A stretch of 64,000 nt of DNA. Source: Mytilus californianus. Lineage: Eukaryota. The position numbers and the translations under genes are program-made. Numbering within the stretch: the first letter of the stretch is position 1; every line of letters starts with the position of its first letter. The stretch lies in NCBI RefSeq assembly GCF_021869535.1, contig NW_026262712.1:90458001-90522000 (forward strand). The letters run 5' to 3'. Positions 27,401-39,520 of this stretch are shown in pieces. Under the pieces are notes generated by a model, which saw nothing but the letters and a program-made list of their open reading frames with translations, did no database searches and had not been told where the DNA came from.

Positions 27401-28819
27401 TCCGCTATAGCTAAATCGTTCGTGCGGGTGTTCGTTCAATCGTTTTGTTCATATCTACATGTATGAAAGTTTCAGAATTTCACTCCTGGTTTTTTGGGGG
27501 ATTCTTATTTCTCAATCATTAGCTTCTTTGATACTGTTTTGTGGTTTGATGGTTTTTCTTTTCGTGTCTTTTTTAATAAGGTTGTCTTTCCTTTGACATG
27601 TTTTGATTATGTATCATCTATATTATATATATACCTTATCAATATAATCCTTCAGATAAGAGTTTACGATGAACAATGTACTTAATTCATGCTCATACTC
27701 TCGTCCACGAAAATAACTCAAAACAAATGGCGGGAAAAATGGAAATCCTTGGCCACCATGTAACGCCGAGATAACAATTGTCTTTCCAAATCCATGGAAA
27801 ATTTCCCCGGCAATAGCAGCCTTGTTGTAAACTGGTAACAAATATCCTCCTTGCCCTTCGAACATATTCAAATCTGACTTTTTGAAATCATCCAAAAGTA
27901 AAGTGAAAAATTCTCTAGTTGGTCCCCCAAAGTCCACTACCCTTTCGCCACGTCCTCCAGAGGTAAAGTTTACATCAAAACGGGAAAACTCAATTTTGGG
28001 TGTCTTTATCAAGGGTAATGCTACTTTTCTCATCTGTGCTCTATCAATTACTAATTCTTTCTTCCTATCTGTTTGTAACATCTGTAGTTCTTCAATGATC
28101 TTCCCAAACTCATTTCGTGGTACTAAAATATGAAATATCAAAATATTTACTTGTAAAGGAACCTATAGCTACAGTGACGTATATAATTTCAGGCAGAACT
28201 TACAAAGACTGGTGTGCAAAACAATTTCAAATGCACGAATTTGTTGGTATTAAGTGTGACAATAAGGCTTTTATTTCTATGAATCTTATTAAGTTATTAC
28301 TAAGCATTCAGTAAGAATTGGTTGTGGTAGACAATTTTCATATTCTTGATATGTGTTTTTAGAATATGTTTTAGCGTGCTTTTAAATATGAATAATTGAA
28401 GTGATTTGCAAAGTTTAACGTAAGTGAGATACAGTAAACTAATAAATATAGATTTTAACATCAGTAAAGCAACTGCAGGTGTCACAGTTTAGAACTGCTA
28501 ATCCTCCAACATCACTTGAGTTCAACGCAGTGTTTTTCTGGTTTCATGTTATTCAAACTTTAGCTTTTCTGAGTAGTGTTTGTGGGCGTTTGTTTGTTTG
28601 TTTTCATATTATTTCTTTTAGTCAGGGTCAATATTATAACTGTCTTATATTTGTTTTTTGTTGTTTTTTGTTAATCTTTTTTGGTCTAAGTTTGTATTGA
28701 CAGTTGACATCTGTTGTAAGGTATTGGTTCTTATATTCTAGGTTGAAAAGAAAAACGTAACAAAATTAACTTATGAATACCTGTTTTTGTTACTGCTTTT
28801 GATTTTTCTCTGCTCCCAT
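24451..28819 (-). pseudogene. HECT-only E3 ubiquitin ligase gene A (G2E3-like HECT), lesioned; join(28781..28819,27635..28122,26750..26851,25425..25713,24451..24686)
   Basis: Exon set is homologous to gene C (102-nt and 289-nt exons, 236-nt last exon). HECT motifs: GERVVDFGGPTREFF, GGQGFPFF, LFQFITG, LPEAVTC, C-terminal GRIGFDENI*. Two lesions: ATG GGA GCA GAG AAA AAT CAA AAG CAG TAA is one base out of frame with the next exon, and the exon-3 donor reads ACT|ATACGT where the paralogs have GT. It could be a null allele or assembly errors rather than a true pseudogene. Confidence 0.75.
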
Positions 28820-30337
28820 GTTGCTGTACTAAAAAAAGAACCAGAAACTACTGTAGGCAATAAGAAACTAGCCTAATAGACAGCTTCTAATTTTCTTATT
28901 ACGCTCTAAACATTTCATGTTTTGATTAACAAATTTGTGTACCTGATGGAGGTTTTTTTCAAAAAGTAAGTTGTCGTACATCTTGAAATCGGTATCATAT
29001 GTTTAAAATAAGAATGACAACGGAAATTTCTGGATAAAACATTAAAAGGGACAACAGGAATGGCCTTCATAAGCGCACATTACAGAGGACCACATTGAAG
29101 TTGTTACCTCTAAATGTACATTATATCCGTTTAAGAAGCTTACGGTCCTAATTAAGCATGGACAGATACATTAAATCTAAAATTTTGTTAGGAACTGTTA
29201 TGATATATTATCGATTCAAAGTAATGAAATAATGTTTTAGAATATTACGTTTGCTCACATGCGTTTATTATCAGCAAAATAAAATTGTAAGGACTTTGTT
29301 GTGAGGACTTTGTTGTGAGGACTTTGTTGTGAGTAAAGAAAGCATCACATGCATAGTAGAACTTCATTTGTGCAAACAAATACAAAACAAATAATAAAAC
29401 CCACACCGAAAACAACAACAATAACAATGATTATGAACATAATGATAAACAAATATTTTTCTCGTTCGTACCAATTGTAACATAAGCCTTTTTTAGTTGT
29501 AATATAGATGTTTCAGACAAGTGTCAACTCGATTTAAAACTTTTCTTTAGGCAAATCAATCAATCAGTCAATGTTGTCATGACTTAAACCTCGTATCGCC
29601 GTTGGTTTTCGCTCCTTTAATGCTGATATAATTAGCCGTTTCAAAAGCTAAAGGACTATTATGGATAATTTTGTTGTTTGTACTCCAAAATGAAAATAAC
29701 GTCACGTAATTGGTTGAATTGCCGTTGTTTCGGACAATCAAACGTTTTGATGTACGCTTTTGGAAATATTACCCAGAATACATTATATTCTAAAACTGTG
29801 AATGTTCTGATAAAGTTTGTGTAGTTTTGAACTATTGAGACTGACTCAAATAACGCTGAGCTACTGAAGATTTCTTTAAAATGTCGATGTCCTATTATCC
29901 AATAAGGCGCTGCTTGTATTCAGTGTATCTGGTCACACAGTGAGAAGCTGGTGCTGCAATCCAAAATTCTTGATGGCCTGTTTAATGGAACTGTCCAGTC
30001 AAATGTTTGGCCAGAAGTGATTAACAAAGAGAAAATATTCCTGCTTACTATCAATATCACGTGATATTAGATACATGCACATGTATGAAGAGGTCGTACC
30101 TTCAAGCACTTTACTATTGAGCCGTGAGACATTAAAAGTATACATGTAACATGTTCACAACCATAGCCAGTCAGTATTTATACAATTGAAATTAATAATT
30201 GTCTTCTATATATCTGATAACAAAAAATAACGGTTCCAAATTCCAAGCATTTTAGCTTTTTCATATTTTCAATTTCTACTATTATAATGCTTGATAGAAG
30301 ATTTTTCTTTTAAAAGATAAAAAGCTATATACATACC

Positions 30338-30662
30338 TGCAGAATTTACCCAGAAGTTACTTAAAGGTTAATCTTTGGAGCTTTCATACCAGCCGAAAAG
30401 TCAAAAACGAATATTATTAAAACTGATTTATGTGACTTTCAAGTATTAATATCAAAACTTTCCTTCTAAATTATAATGCAATGCATATATTGCCAAGTTT
30501 TAAAATATAAACGAGATCAATCAGATGATTTCATAACTCTGAAGAGGTCTATGTAATTTAAATATCTCTGATATATCTATATATATATATATGTTTTATG
30601 TTGACGAGGAAGTGATTACTTCTTTATGGCTGGTTTCCAATAAATTATAACTAAAAGAAACA
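30338..30662. promoter_or_regulatory. Candidate bidirectional promoter / first non-coding exons of HECT genes A and B
   Basis: Outward-facing strong donors: GCAG|gtatgt on the minus strand (exon ends 30337) and ACAG|gtgagt on the plus strand (exon ends 30663). An (AT)n tract at ~30577-30592 and a GGAAGT motif at ~30607 lie between them. TSS positions are inferred. Confidence 0.5.
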
Positions 30663-30919
30663 GGTGAGTTAAACGTTTTCATGTAAATATTTGTATAAAT
30701 GTTTATATGCACGGTGAAATGTATCCCTCGCATTACTAGTTTCTGTAATGACACATGAATCAGTTGCATTTACATAAATTTTACGCTTTCAATCGTTTTT
30801 CTACGGCCTCAAACTAATTATAAGTAAAACAAACATTTTAATATGTATATAACAAAAATGAACCATGTTTAACTTGCGTACAAAAAATATTTTTATTCTT
30901 TGAACAGGGATCTAACGCT

Positions 30920-33900
30920 ATGGGGAATAAGGAGAGTAGTCTAAAATTAAAAAGTGGTACATCGTCGGAACCAAACGCCAGCAACAACAATATAGAGGCA
31001 AGTATTACATGCAAGATAAGGTTATCTAGTGTGAATGATTCCATTGAACAATGAGTTACAACCATACTCTTGGAATATTTTACAGAAACATATATTTGTT
31101 AGTATATATACTTCAATAAACGGCAACTAAACAATAAAAATTACCCATTAGACATCTAGGGAACTCAACAAAAGACAGATGTGTAAACAATATGTCGCGT
31201 TGTAGACCGTTCAAAATCAATAAAAGTTGTGCATAAATAAAACAGAAACTAGCAAAGATTTCAATTGCAACAACACCCAGTTTTCCCAAGGGAAAAGCTT
31301 CAAACAAGCAAAAACCAAAACCAAATTAAAATACACTTTAATAAGAAAACCACTAAATGCTCATATCTAAGACACGGTATATGATTGCACAGTTCTAGTA
31401 TGACTATAACATAATCGATATTATTATATAAATAACACAAGGTATTTGCATGATGGTTTCACTTATACAGGTAAAATTTTAACCCGGAAACTACTCTGGT
31501 ATAAAGTTTAAGACAAAGAACACTTGAAATTATCATTTCATATGTTATTTTTTCACCATCATGAATTGAGTGGTCGTTACAGTAATTATTTTCCCAACTC
31601 ACTAGTTAGGAGACAACTGTAATTGTAATTTAAGCTTGGCATACGTAAAACGTATATTCTATCTAGTCTTGATTTTAAAATGATTTTTTTCTGAAAATTT
31701 TAAATACACTTGACAACACTTAATTTCCGGCTAGTTTAATCTTTACATTTCAAGTTTTAGATGTTTCTGTTGTGAATTGAATGATAATTGGTAAATATTT
31801 TAAAACAAAAAAGTATTTATGCAGCATGCGAAGAGGGGATGATCAGAAAAAGACACCCGATCTACCTTACCAGCAATATTTAAATTGTATTCACATCATT
31901 TGCAATTTTCGGAAATTTAAATTGTATTCACATCATTTGCAATTTTCGGAAATTTAAATATTGTGAGTTTCATTTCAAGTTGATTTACACAACACCAAAA
32001 CAGAAAATAAGGATGATGCTGTACTATCGATTAATGAAACATAATCTGTACACTCACTCGAGAAAGAGAAAAACCATCACACATAACATACTGTAATGGG
32101 CAATGAAATCAAACAAAGACTATCATAACTGCACAAAAACTCATTGTAAAATACAGAATCAATACAAACATTTAGACATGGGACACATCAAACTATTTGT
32201 TAGATATCTAGCCAGGGAAAAAATCATGAAAAGGGCAAAAAAACAAATAGTCTACATATTAACAATTTCGATAAACATACTCACTGTAAGAGAAAAATGT
32301 GCTGTTATACACATAAAAGAAAGTGATAGCGAAGAATGTATAACTACTTGAATAAATGAGCAGATTGTGACTAATAAACTCGTCATAGATAAATGGTCCT
32401 TTGAAAAATAGCATTATCCATCTAAGGTCAATTTTGCTTGAGAGAGATGGAATCCTAGATTCTTGGTAATATTCATATCAATAAACGGCGAATTAAAAAA
32501 AAAAGATTCTTTTTTATATACAACAACTGCAAAAACTGTGTTACGTGAAACACAGATTACTTTTTAAATGGTGACACTTGTAGTATATCTCAACCTGGTA
32601 ATTTTTTTACAGAACTTGCTACGTAACGCCATTAGAATAGCATATAGCATTCCAATTGCAGGTACGTTGCTTTGCTTTTGATTCAGTTTTTGCAGTGTGG
32701 TTTGTGATATTTTATTTTTATACTGGTGGCGGTGTTCTTTTTCTATATTCGAAGTCGTGTCCGTCTTTTTTCTTTAAGAGATTGTTTTCCATTCAAATTT
32801 TCATATTCTGTCATTACCCAGGGTAAAAGAATTTGCATGTATCAATTTCCTGTACCGATGTCTGTCTTTCTCCAATTTTTTAACTTCGATTTTTGATTGG
32901 CCTTCTTATGTAATTTATGTTTCCTCATAAACTGTCCCATGCATATTCAATGCAGTATGTGTCATGTTTTAAGAAAGGTCTTTTTTTTCTATATTTTGCC
33001 TAACTTTTGAGGGAAATTTATAAACAGAACGATTTTAAGAAAGAAAAATATCTGCATCGTTATCAGAAGTAATGCGTTTTTTATATTTTCTTTCCTAAAC
33101 TTGCATCACAGGTCGTGCGATGTCCTTTTAATTCCGCTAAATATCAAATTGGTCAGGAGAGTATGTAATAATCGTCAGTAAGGTTTTACTAGCTCATTCT
33201 TGTATAAAATGATATAAAATTGCATTGAATTTACAATATAGGATTCATGATTTGCGGTTATTCAATTGAAAAACACGTGACATGTGAACGGAAAATGGTA
33301 TATGTTTTCATCGGCCAATCAGCCACCAGTTGCAAAAAATATTTTTTTTGTTTTAGTATCTCACCCTTGTCATTCGCAGACACCAATGTAATCCCAAGAG
33401 CTCTGAAATTGTCTTCTTTAGCAGTCAAAATTTTAACTATGTCGATTTCATCACTAGCATTGTAGGAAAGGTTGTAAATGATTGGTCCCTAAAATAAATA
33501 GTTAAGATCATGAAAACCTTTCAAAATTTTGTAAATTGTATTGATAAATGAACAAGTAAATATCTTATTTAGACACTTTAGTGCAAAGAGATCATTTGCG
33601 GTTAAATGATTACATTTCGACAGTTTTTGCAGCTTTGAACTAAATTCAAGAAGTTTGAAGCCGTAAAACAAATTGTAAGACAAAATTAAGAAAATATGAA
33701 TACTGATGTCTGATATACTATTGTTTTATGCATATCTAGTGTAAGTTATTTGATAGATTTTAACTGTGAATGCAAGGAGTTAAAAAAGTTGTCTGGTCGT
33801 AAATTCTCCATTTCCGAAAATGTACGTTTATTGGATCTTCATTTCAATTGCAGATTTATATGTTTATCGTGACGAAATAAAACCTTTGATTGACAAGATC

Positions 33901-36900
33901 ATTGGTAAAAGAGAAAGCATGATCAGTATAAAAATTGACAGAAATAAAATATACGAAGAAGCAACAGGTCGATTTGTTGGGAAAGTGAAACAGCTTGCTA
34001 AAATTAGCAGTCCCATGCATGAAAAACCTGTGATCACATTCAATGATACCGACGTGTTAGACGTCGATGGAAGTGGATTCCGAAGAGAGTACTATTCGGT
34101 ATACTTTCGAAAATGCATAGCTAATCTTTTTGAAGGACAAGGAAGACAAATGTTACCAAAGAAAGACTGCACCAAAAAGGATGAGTTGAAAGCTCTTGGG
34201 ATAGCCATCGTTGAATGTGTTTTGAATGGTGATTGTGGGTTTCCTTACCTACACAGAGGAATTTATAAAGCTATAATTGGATGTGATTCTGATGAAATTG
34301 ATCAGCATTGCAATTTAAAAGATATTCCGAACGGCGAGGTTCAAATGGTTGTGCAGCAAGTAAGTTTAAGGCTTCTCCCAGTCCAATTTCGTGCTGATGC
34401 CTGTTCCTCGTGAAATTTATACATAGTGACAGTAACACCTAAATGAATATGTTAAGAATTATCATTTACAGTAGAGTATGATGCTGCAATCTAGGATATA
34501 GCATATAGAAAAGATTCAAGGAGTTGACTTAGCTATATCACACTATAAGAAGCTATACTCCAAGTTGTTCAATGTGTCGGATTTAAGTGATTTCTATTTC
34601 AAAACGTTACGAGAATTAAAAGATTTCTAAAATCAATAAACATGAACAATTCTGGTATGGCTGAAAAAAAAGCCTTAGTTTTTCTTTCAGTTTCAACAAT
34701 TACTATTTTCATTTCCTCTGTAGAGACAAGATAACTCTCACTGTTGTTATTCAAATACATACAAATCAAATAAGTCTATAATCAAATCTTCAACTAAATC
34801 GGTGCTGTCTAACTTGAAATTAAGCTTTAAGCATCTAATTCGTGTTTTTGACATACCGTATTAACATGTTCCCCGCTGCTAGGGTCATGTCATTTGTTTT
34901 ATTAGTATAATTGTATAAATCATACTTTTACAAATAACTATTATTTTTTTAATTAAAGTAGAATTTGTATTTTTAATAAATTAATCATACAGGGTTTTAG
35001 TCTAGTTATGCATTTATATGTACGTGAAATTTTTATATATTTCCAAGAAAAACATAAAGTAACGGCCTTTTAAAACATTAAATTAGTTTTGTGAGATTTA
35101 TTTTTACAGATAAACGATGCAAACACTGACGGAGAAATAACCGAAATTCTCGCTAGCGATTTAGCCTCCTTCATTAGCTATGTTGGATGGCCAGTTGGAC
35201 AAACAGTAACGGTAAAAATGCTATTTGGTTATTTTCAATAAATAGATTTGATTGGCTGTAATTACATATATTAATTTTGATATCGGATATGTTCCTTATG
35301 TCGTAACTACAATACCCTCCCTTTTCTGCTTACCCTTCCGGAGTACCTGAGATCACCCCCAGTTTTTGGTGGGGTTTGTGTTGCTTAGTCTTTAGTTTTC
35401 TATGTTGTGTCATCTGTACTATTATTTGTCTGTTTGTCTTTTTATTTTTGGCCATGGCGTTGTCAGCTTGTTTTCGATCTATGAGTTTGACTGTCCCTCT
35501 GGTATCTTTCGTCCCTCTTTTAAACAGATAACACTATAAAAAGGGCTATTTCATAATACATTTAAAAAAAGAGGCAGAAGATACCAAAGGGACAATCCAA
35601 AATCATGTCGTGAGAAAACCGACAATACCATGGTAAAAAGAAAAAGGGACAAAGAGAAAAACAACAATCTACAAAACACAATACAGAAAACTGAAGACTG
35701 AGCAACATGAACTCCGCCAAAACCTTAACTAAGATGAAAAACAACCATTCGACTTCTTCAAAATCACAATAAATAAGTTTTATTGCAATTGACCAATGCT
35801 GATATATCGTTTTACAAGATATACCTAAAATATCGTACGGATATGTAACACATGAAAAAATTCAGATACAAATACAGGGGAGAGTATTTTATAGAGAGCA
35901 CTTTAAAAGCTTATAAACTATAGCATACACTAATAAACGATAGAATATTAGAAATATCGGAAAAAATAGATTTACTGGTATAACTTATATTTTGGAATTG
36001 CGCACGATCATGCTTGTCTCGGGCAGCTTTTGACCTTTTTATACACTAAAAACGTTGAATGTTTACTGATTCTTATATTAGTCTATGAAAACACAGTCTA
36101 TTTACTAGTAACTGTTGAAATTGAGCTATTGAACGAGCTTTCAGAAATTGCGACTTTTAAAAGATAAACACTTTGTGTTTTGTTTTAATTGTATAAGTTG
36201 TTTTTGTGCTTAGTTCCAATCTAATGAGTCAAACTCTTTTCGACATTTTTACTGTTTATTGTTGTTGCTGTGGTGCTGTTGCATCAGTAGTAGGACATAC
36301 TTTAATCACCAATTTCATGAAGAATTAAAAAAATGCGTGAATGTTTTTCTTCTCGGTTTTTACAAATGAAACTTTAAGTATCTTTTAAGAGTGAATTGGT
36401 GTCTCATAGACATAAATTCGAAATTTATTTCCGTTATTCATATTTAAAACTCCAAATCATCTATCAACAAATCTTACACAGTGTCATCAAATCAGAACAT
36501 ATTTTTTAGATGACTAACCGACATGTGTTGCTGCAGTATATACTCCGATGGTTTATCATAGACCACAGACAAAATGAAATAGACCAGTTACGTCACGGTC
36601 TCAGCTATATGGGATTTCTTGATGCCATTAAATCAAACGACTGGTTTGAACCTTTATTTGTTTACTCAGAACAGTACAGCATTACAGCAAGATACATGAA
36701 AGACAAGCTAAACCCAGTCCTAGAAAAACTGGAAGCCAAAACTGAGAAGGAAATTAACTGTGTAAAGTTTGCTAAAGCTTGCATTGATTCCTTAGATGGT
36801 ACGAATAATAAGTTTGTATGGTTTTTAACTCTGCAGATTGTGAGATGTTATAATTATTCAAACATGAATGTGTCCATTGAAATTTGTACAGGGTTAACTC

Positions 36901-37642
36901 TAAAGAGTAATATTTTGTTTCATATTTTAAAAATTATTTCCAAATAGCAAAATATTCCTGTATACGTTGTATTTCTATCCTCAGGCATTGGTTGCATTTG
37001 CCTAATTTGGCACACCCTTTTGGAATTTGGTATTAAATACTATTCATATTCGTTTTTTCCTTAACCTTCTGATTGGTTTGACTCGAGTATTTCTAGTCTT
37101 ATGTAGATGAATCGCGCCTCTTGTGTTCGAAATAGTAAGCCTGGTAGTGACTTTGAACAGATAGTATTCAAATAATTGAAAAAAAAAATAAATATTCAAG
37201 CTGAAAACGCTATCACTTGGACACAGTTTTCCAAAAGAAAAAATCCAAATATTTTACAGGGGTGTAGAAATATCGTCATCTATATTTCTCTTAGCAGCCG
37301 TGTTTATGGGACGTCTGTTTGAATTGCAATTGAACGTTAGGCAAACAACAACTAAAAATAAAATACACAAAGAGGTAGCTGAATTGATAGTTTTAATCTT
37401 CAATACATATGTTCACAATTTCTGTTTCAGATACACAAGCCAGATTACTTTTTGCCTTTGTCACTAACCTCAATGACCCACCATTAGAGGAAGAATCTAT
37501 GGAAATCATCTTTAATACACAAAACCCTGATAGACTTCTACCAGAGAGCTATACATGTCTGAATAGACTTCTTCTTCCACTGGGAAATAAAGATATTAAC
37601 CACTTCAAAGAATCTTTTTTCAAGGCAATAATGGAACAATGA
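30920..37642 (+). CDS. HECT-only E3 ubiquitin ligase gene B (G2E3-like HECT, ~411 aa); join(30920..30997,32613..32661,33854..34359,35110..35211,36510..36798,37431..37642)
   Basis: Phases are consistent throughout. N-terminus MGNKESSLKLKSG..NIE|NLLRNAIRIAYSIPIA|DLYVYRDE. HECT motifs: LDVDGSGFRREYY, GDCGFPYL, EIDQLRHGLSYMGFL, LLFAFVT, LPESYTCLNRLLLP; ends FFKAIMEQ*. Intron 1 requires a GC donor (GAG|gcaagt). Confidence 0.88.
31878..31959. repeat. 37-bp perfect tandem duplication
   Basis: ATTTAAATTGTATTCACATCATTTGCAATTTTCGGAA twice, plus a partial third unit, in intron 1 of gene B. Confidence 0.95.
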
Positions 37643-38373
37643 TACAGATTTCTGACATACCAAATTGTTTTTGTGTTTATTTTGTTTTTCACTTATTGTT
37701 GTTGCATGCACGAATAAAAGAGAAATCAACTGTGAATTTCCTTAGACAAAAGAATGTTATACCACTCAACACAACAGAAATGAGAGATTACTATTTGGAA
37801 ATCAAGATCATGAAATTGAAGGACGACGAAAACCATATCAGTTGAATAGTTGCAATTAATTTAACGTATAATACTGATTCCAGAGCGCACATGTAATTCG
37901 GGGATGTTTTCAAAAAGTTACGCTCGATAACCAAATGAAGGGAAATTTTGGAAGAAAAAATGTTAATGACAAAAACTTAAGATACTAATCAGTCTTAAGA
38001 CAACTCTTTGTCGATTTAAACTGTTAGATCATTTGCCTCTTATCGTTAACAATGAAATGTTTCATTAATATCCAATTTCACGGCAGGCTTATCAAAGCTT
38101 GAAAATTGGTGAAATTTGTTATCTATTACTATGAGGTCTACTCATAGATATCATGGACATTAAAGCTCACAAATGCTTTAAGGTGTGAAAAATGTGTATC
38201 AGAACGGAAAAAGGATCTTTGTAATATTAATGTTCAATTACACTTTCATAATTTGAGTATGTTTTTGAAAAAGTAATGATTTATTGCGTTTTATTAAGGC
38301 AAAATGTTGAATTAATTTCAAGACTTCACAATACAATACAATCATTGTCCGGTTGTGTCGGTTCATTTAAGAA

Positions 38374-38520
38374 TTGAATGCTTCTTTTTGTAAATCTATT
38401 GGGGTGTAAAAGCGTTGACCAAAGTACATTTTGTATGAAGCGTGGAAGCGCTTCATTCCAAAAATGTGCGCACGGTCAACGCTTTTACAACCCTATAAAG
38501 TTACTAAAAGAAGCATTCAA
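38374..38520. repeat. ~147-bp imperfect palindrome (MITE-like core)
   Basis: TTGAATGCTTCTTTT..GGTGTAAAAGCGTTGACC..ACATTTTGTATGAAGCG / CGCTTCATTCCAAAAATGT..GGTCAACGCTTTTACAACC..AAAAGAAGCATTCAA. Confidence 0.8.
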
Positions 38521-38879
38521 TACTTATAATTACATTTTTTGCTGGGAACATGAAAACACGATTTCTATCAAGTTTTTCTTTTATTTACCTGTGCACTTTA
38601 TTGTAGAAGCTAGTGTCATCATGAATTTTAAATTTCATTTTGAAATGAAGGTTAATTTTAGAATGACGCGGGATTGCTGTTAGCCAATCAAAATAACGTA
38701 TTATAATGAAACATACATGTAATGTAATTATATAAGATTAACAGACCGGTTATGTTCAGTAGATAAAAGAGAATCAATATAAGTATTAACTATGATATTG
38801 ATATGTCCTTAACTCACAGCTGATAATTTTCCTTTTTTCCCAACCTAGCATGTATCTTCCTAAACTAGCTTAGTATGAC

Positions 38880-39052
38880 GTCCATTTTCGCTGATCTAGT
38901 ATACATTTTGTTTAGGGGCAAGCTGAAGCCCGCCTCCGGGTGCGGGATTTTCTCGCTGTGATGAAGACCTATTGGTGGCCTTGGGCTTTTTTCTGCTTTT
39001 TGGTCGGGTTGTTGTCTCTCTGACGCATTCCCCGTTTCCATTCTCAATTTTA
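38880..39052 (+). repeat. Interspersed repeat family R1, copy 2
   Basis: Near-identical to 14077-14238 and 44458-44622. Confidence 0.85.
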
Positions 39053-39239
39053 AAATGACCTTCAACAGTTTTGGGTGTTCTGTTTAACCACAACTCCATA
39101 TAATTATATATATATATATATATATATATTGTTCTTTCTATACAATTGTCTGTTGAATAATGAAAATTTCAAAAATAGAAAACCTCGTTGAAAGTATTTT
39201 ACATAGATTTATTACCATTGTTTCGTTCAATACTCTTTT

Positions 39240-39520
39240 GATAACTGTTATTTCCGAGGATATCATTTGCACTGCTAGAAGCAAGTAGAATTCTAAACTT
39301 CAATACTTCTTCAGTTAAACTGTTATTTCCGATGATACCATTTGCACTGCTATAATCCATTAGTTTAACAACCATTGGCTCGTTCATTACTACTCCTGTT
39401 AAACTGTTATTTCCGAGGATATCATTCGCACTGCCAAAATCAATTAGATTTTTACCATTGGCTCGTTAAATAAGACTCCCGTTAAACTGTTATTTACGAG
39501 AATACCATTCGCACTTAACG
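39240..39520. repeat. Minisatellite, four units (periods 75, 84, 83 bp)
   Basis: Core AACTGTTATTT(C/A)CGA(G/T)GATA(T/C)CATT(T/C)GCACT recurs at ~39243, 39318, 39402 and 39485. Confidence 0.85.

Noticed and set aside
37640-37730. Stop read-through or frameshift restoring a Phe tail to gene B (TGA TAC AGA TTT..)
   Set aside because: Paralog D stops at an equivalent position with unrelated downstream sequence. There is no GF motif, and read-through would add a long unrelated hydrophobic tail.
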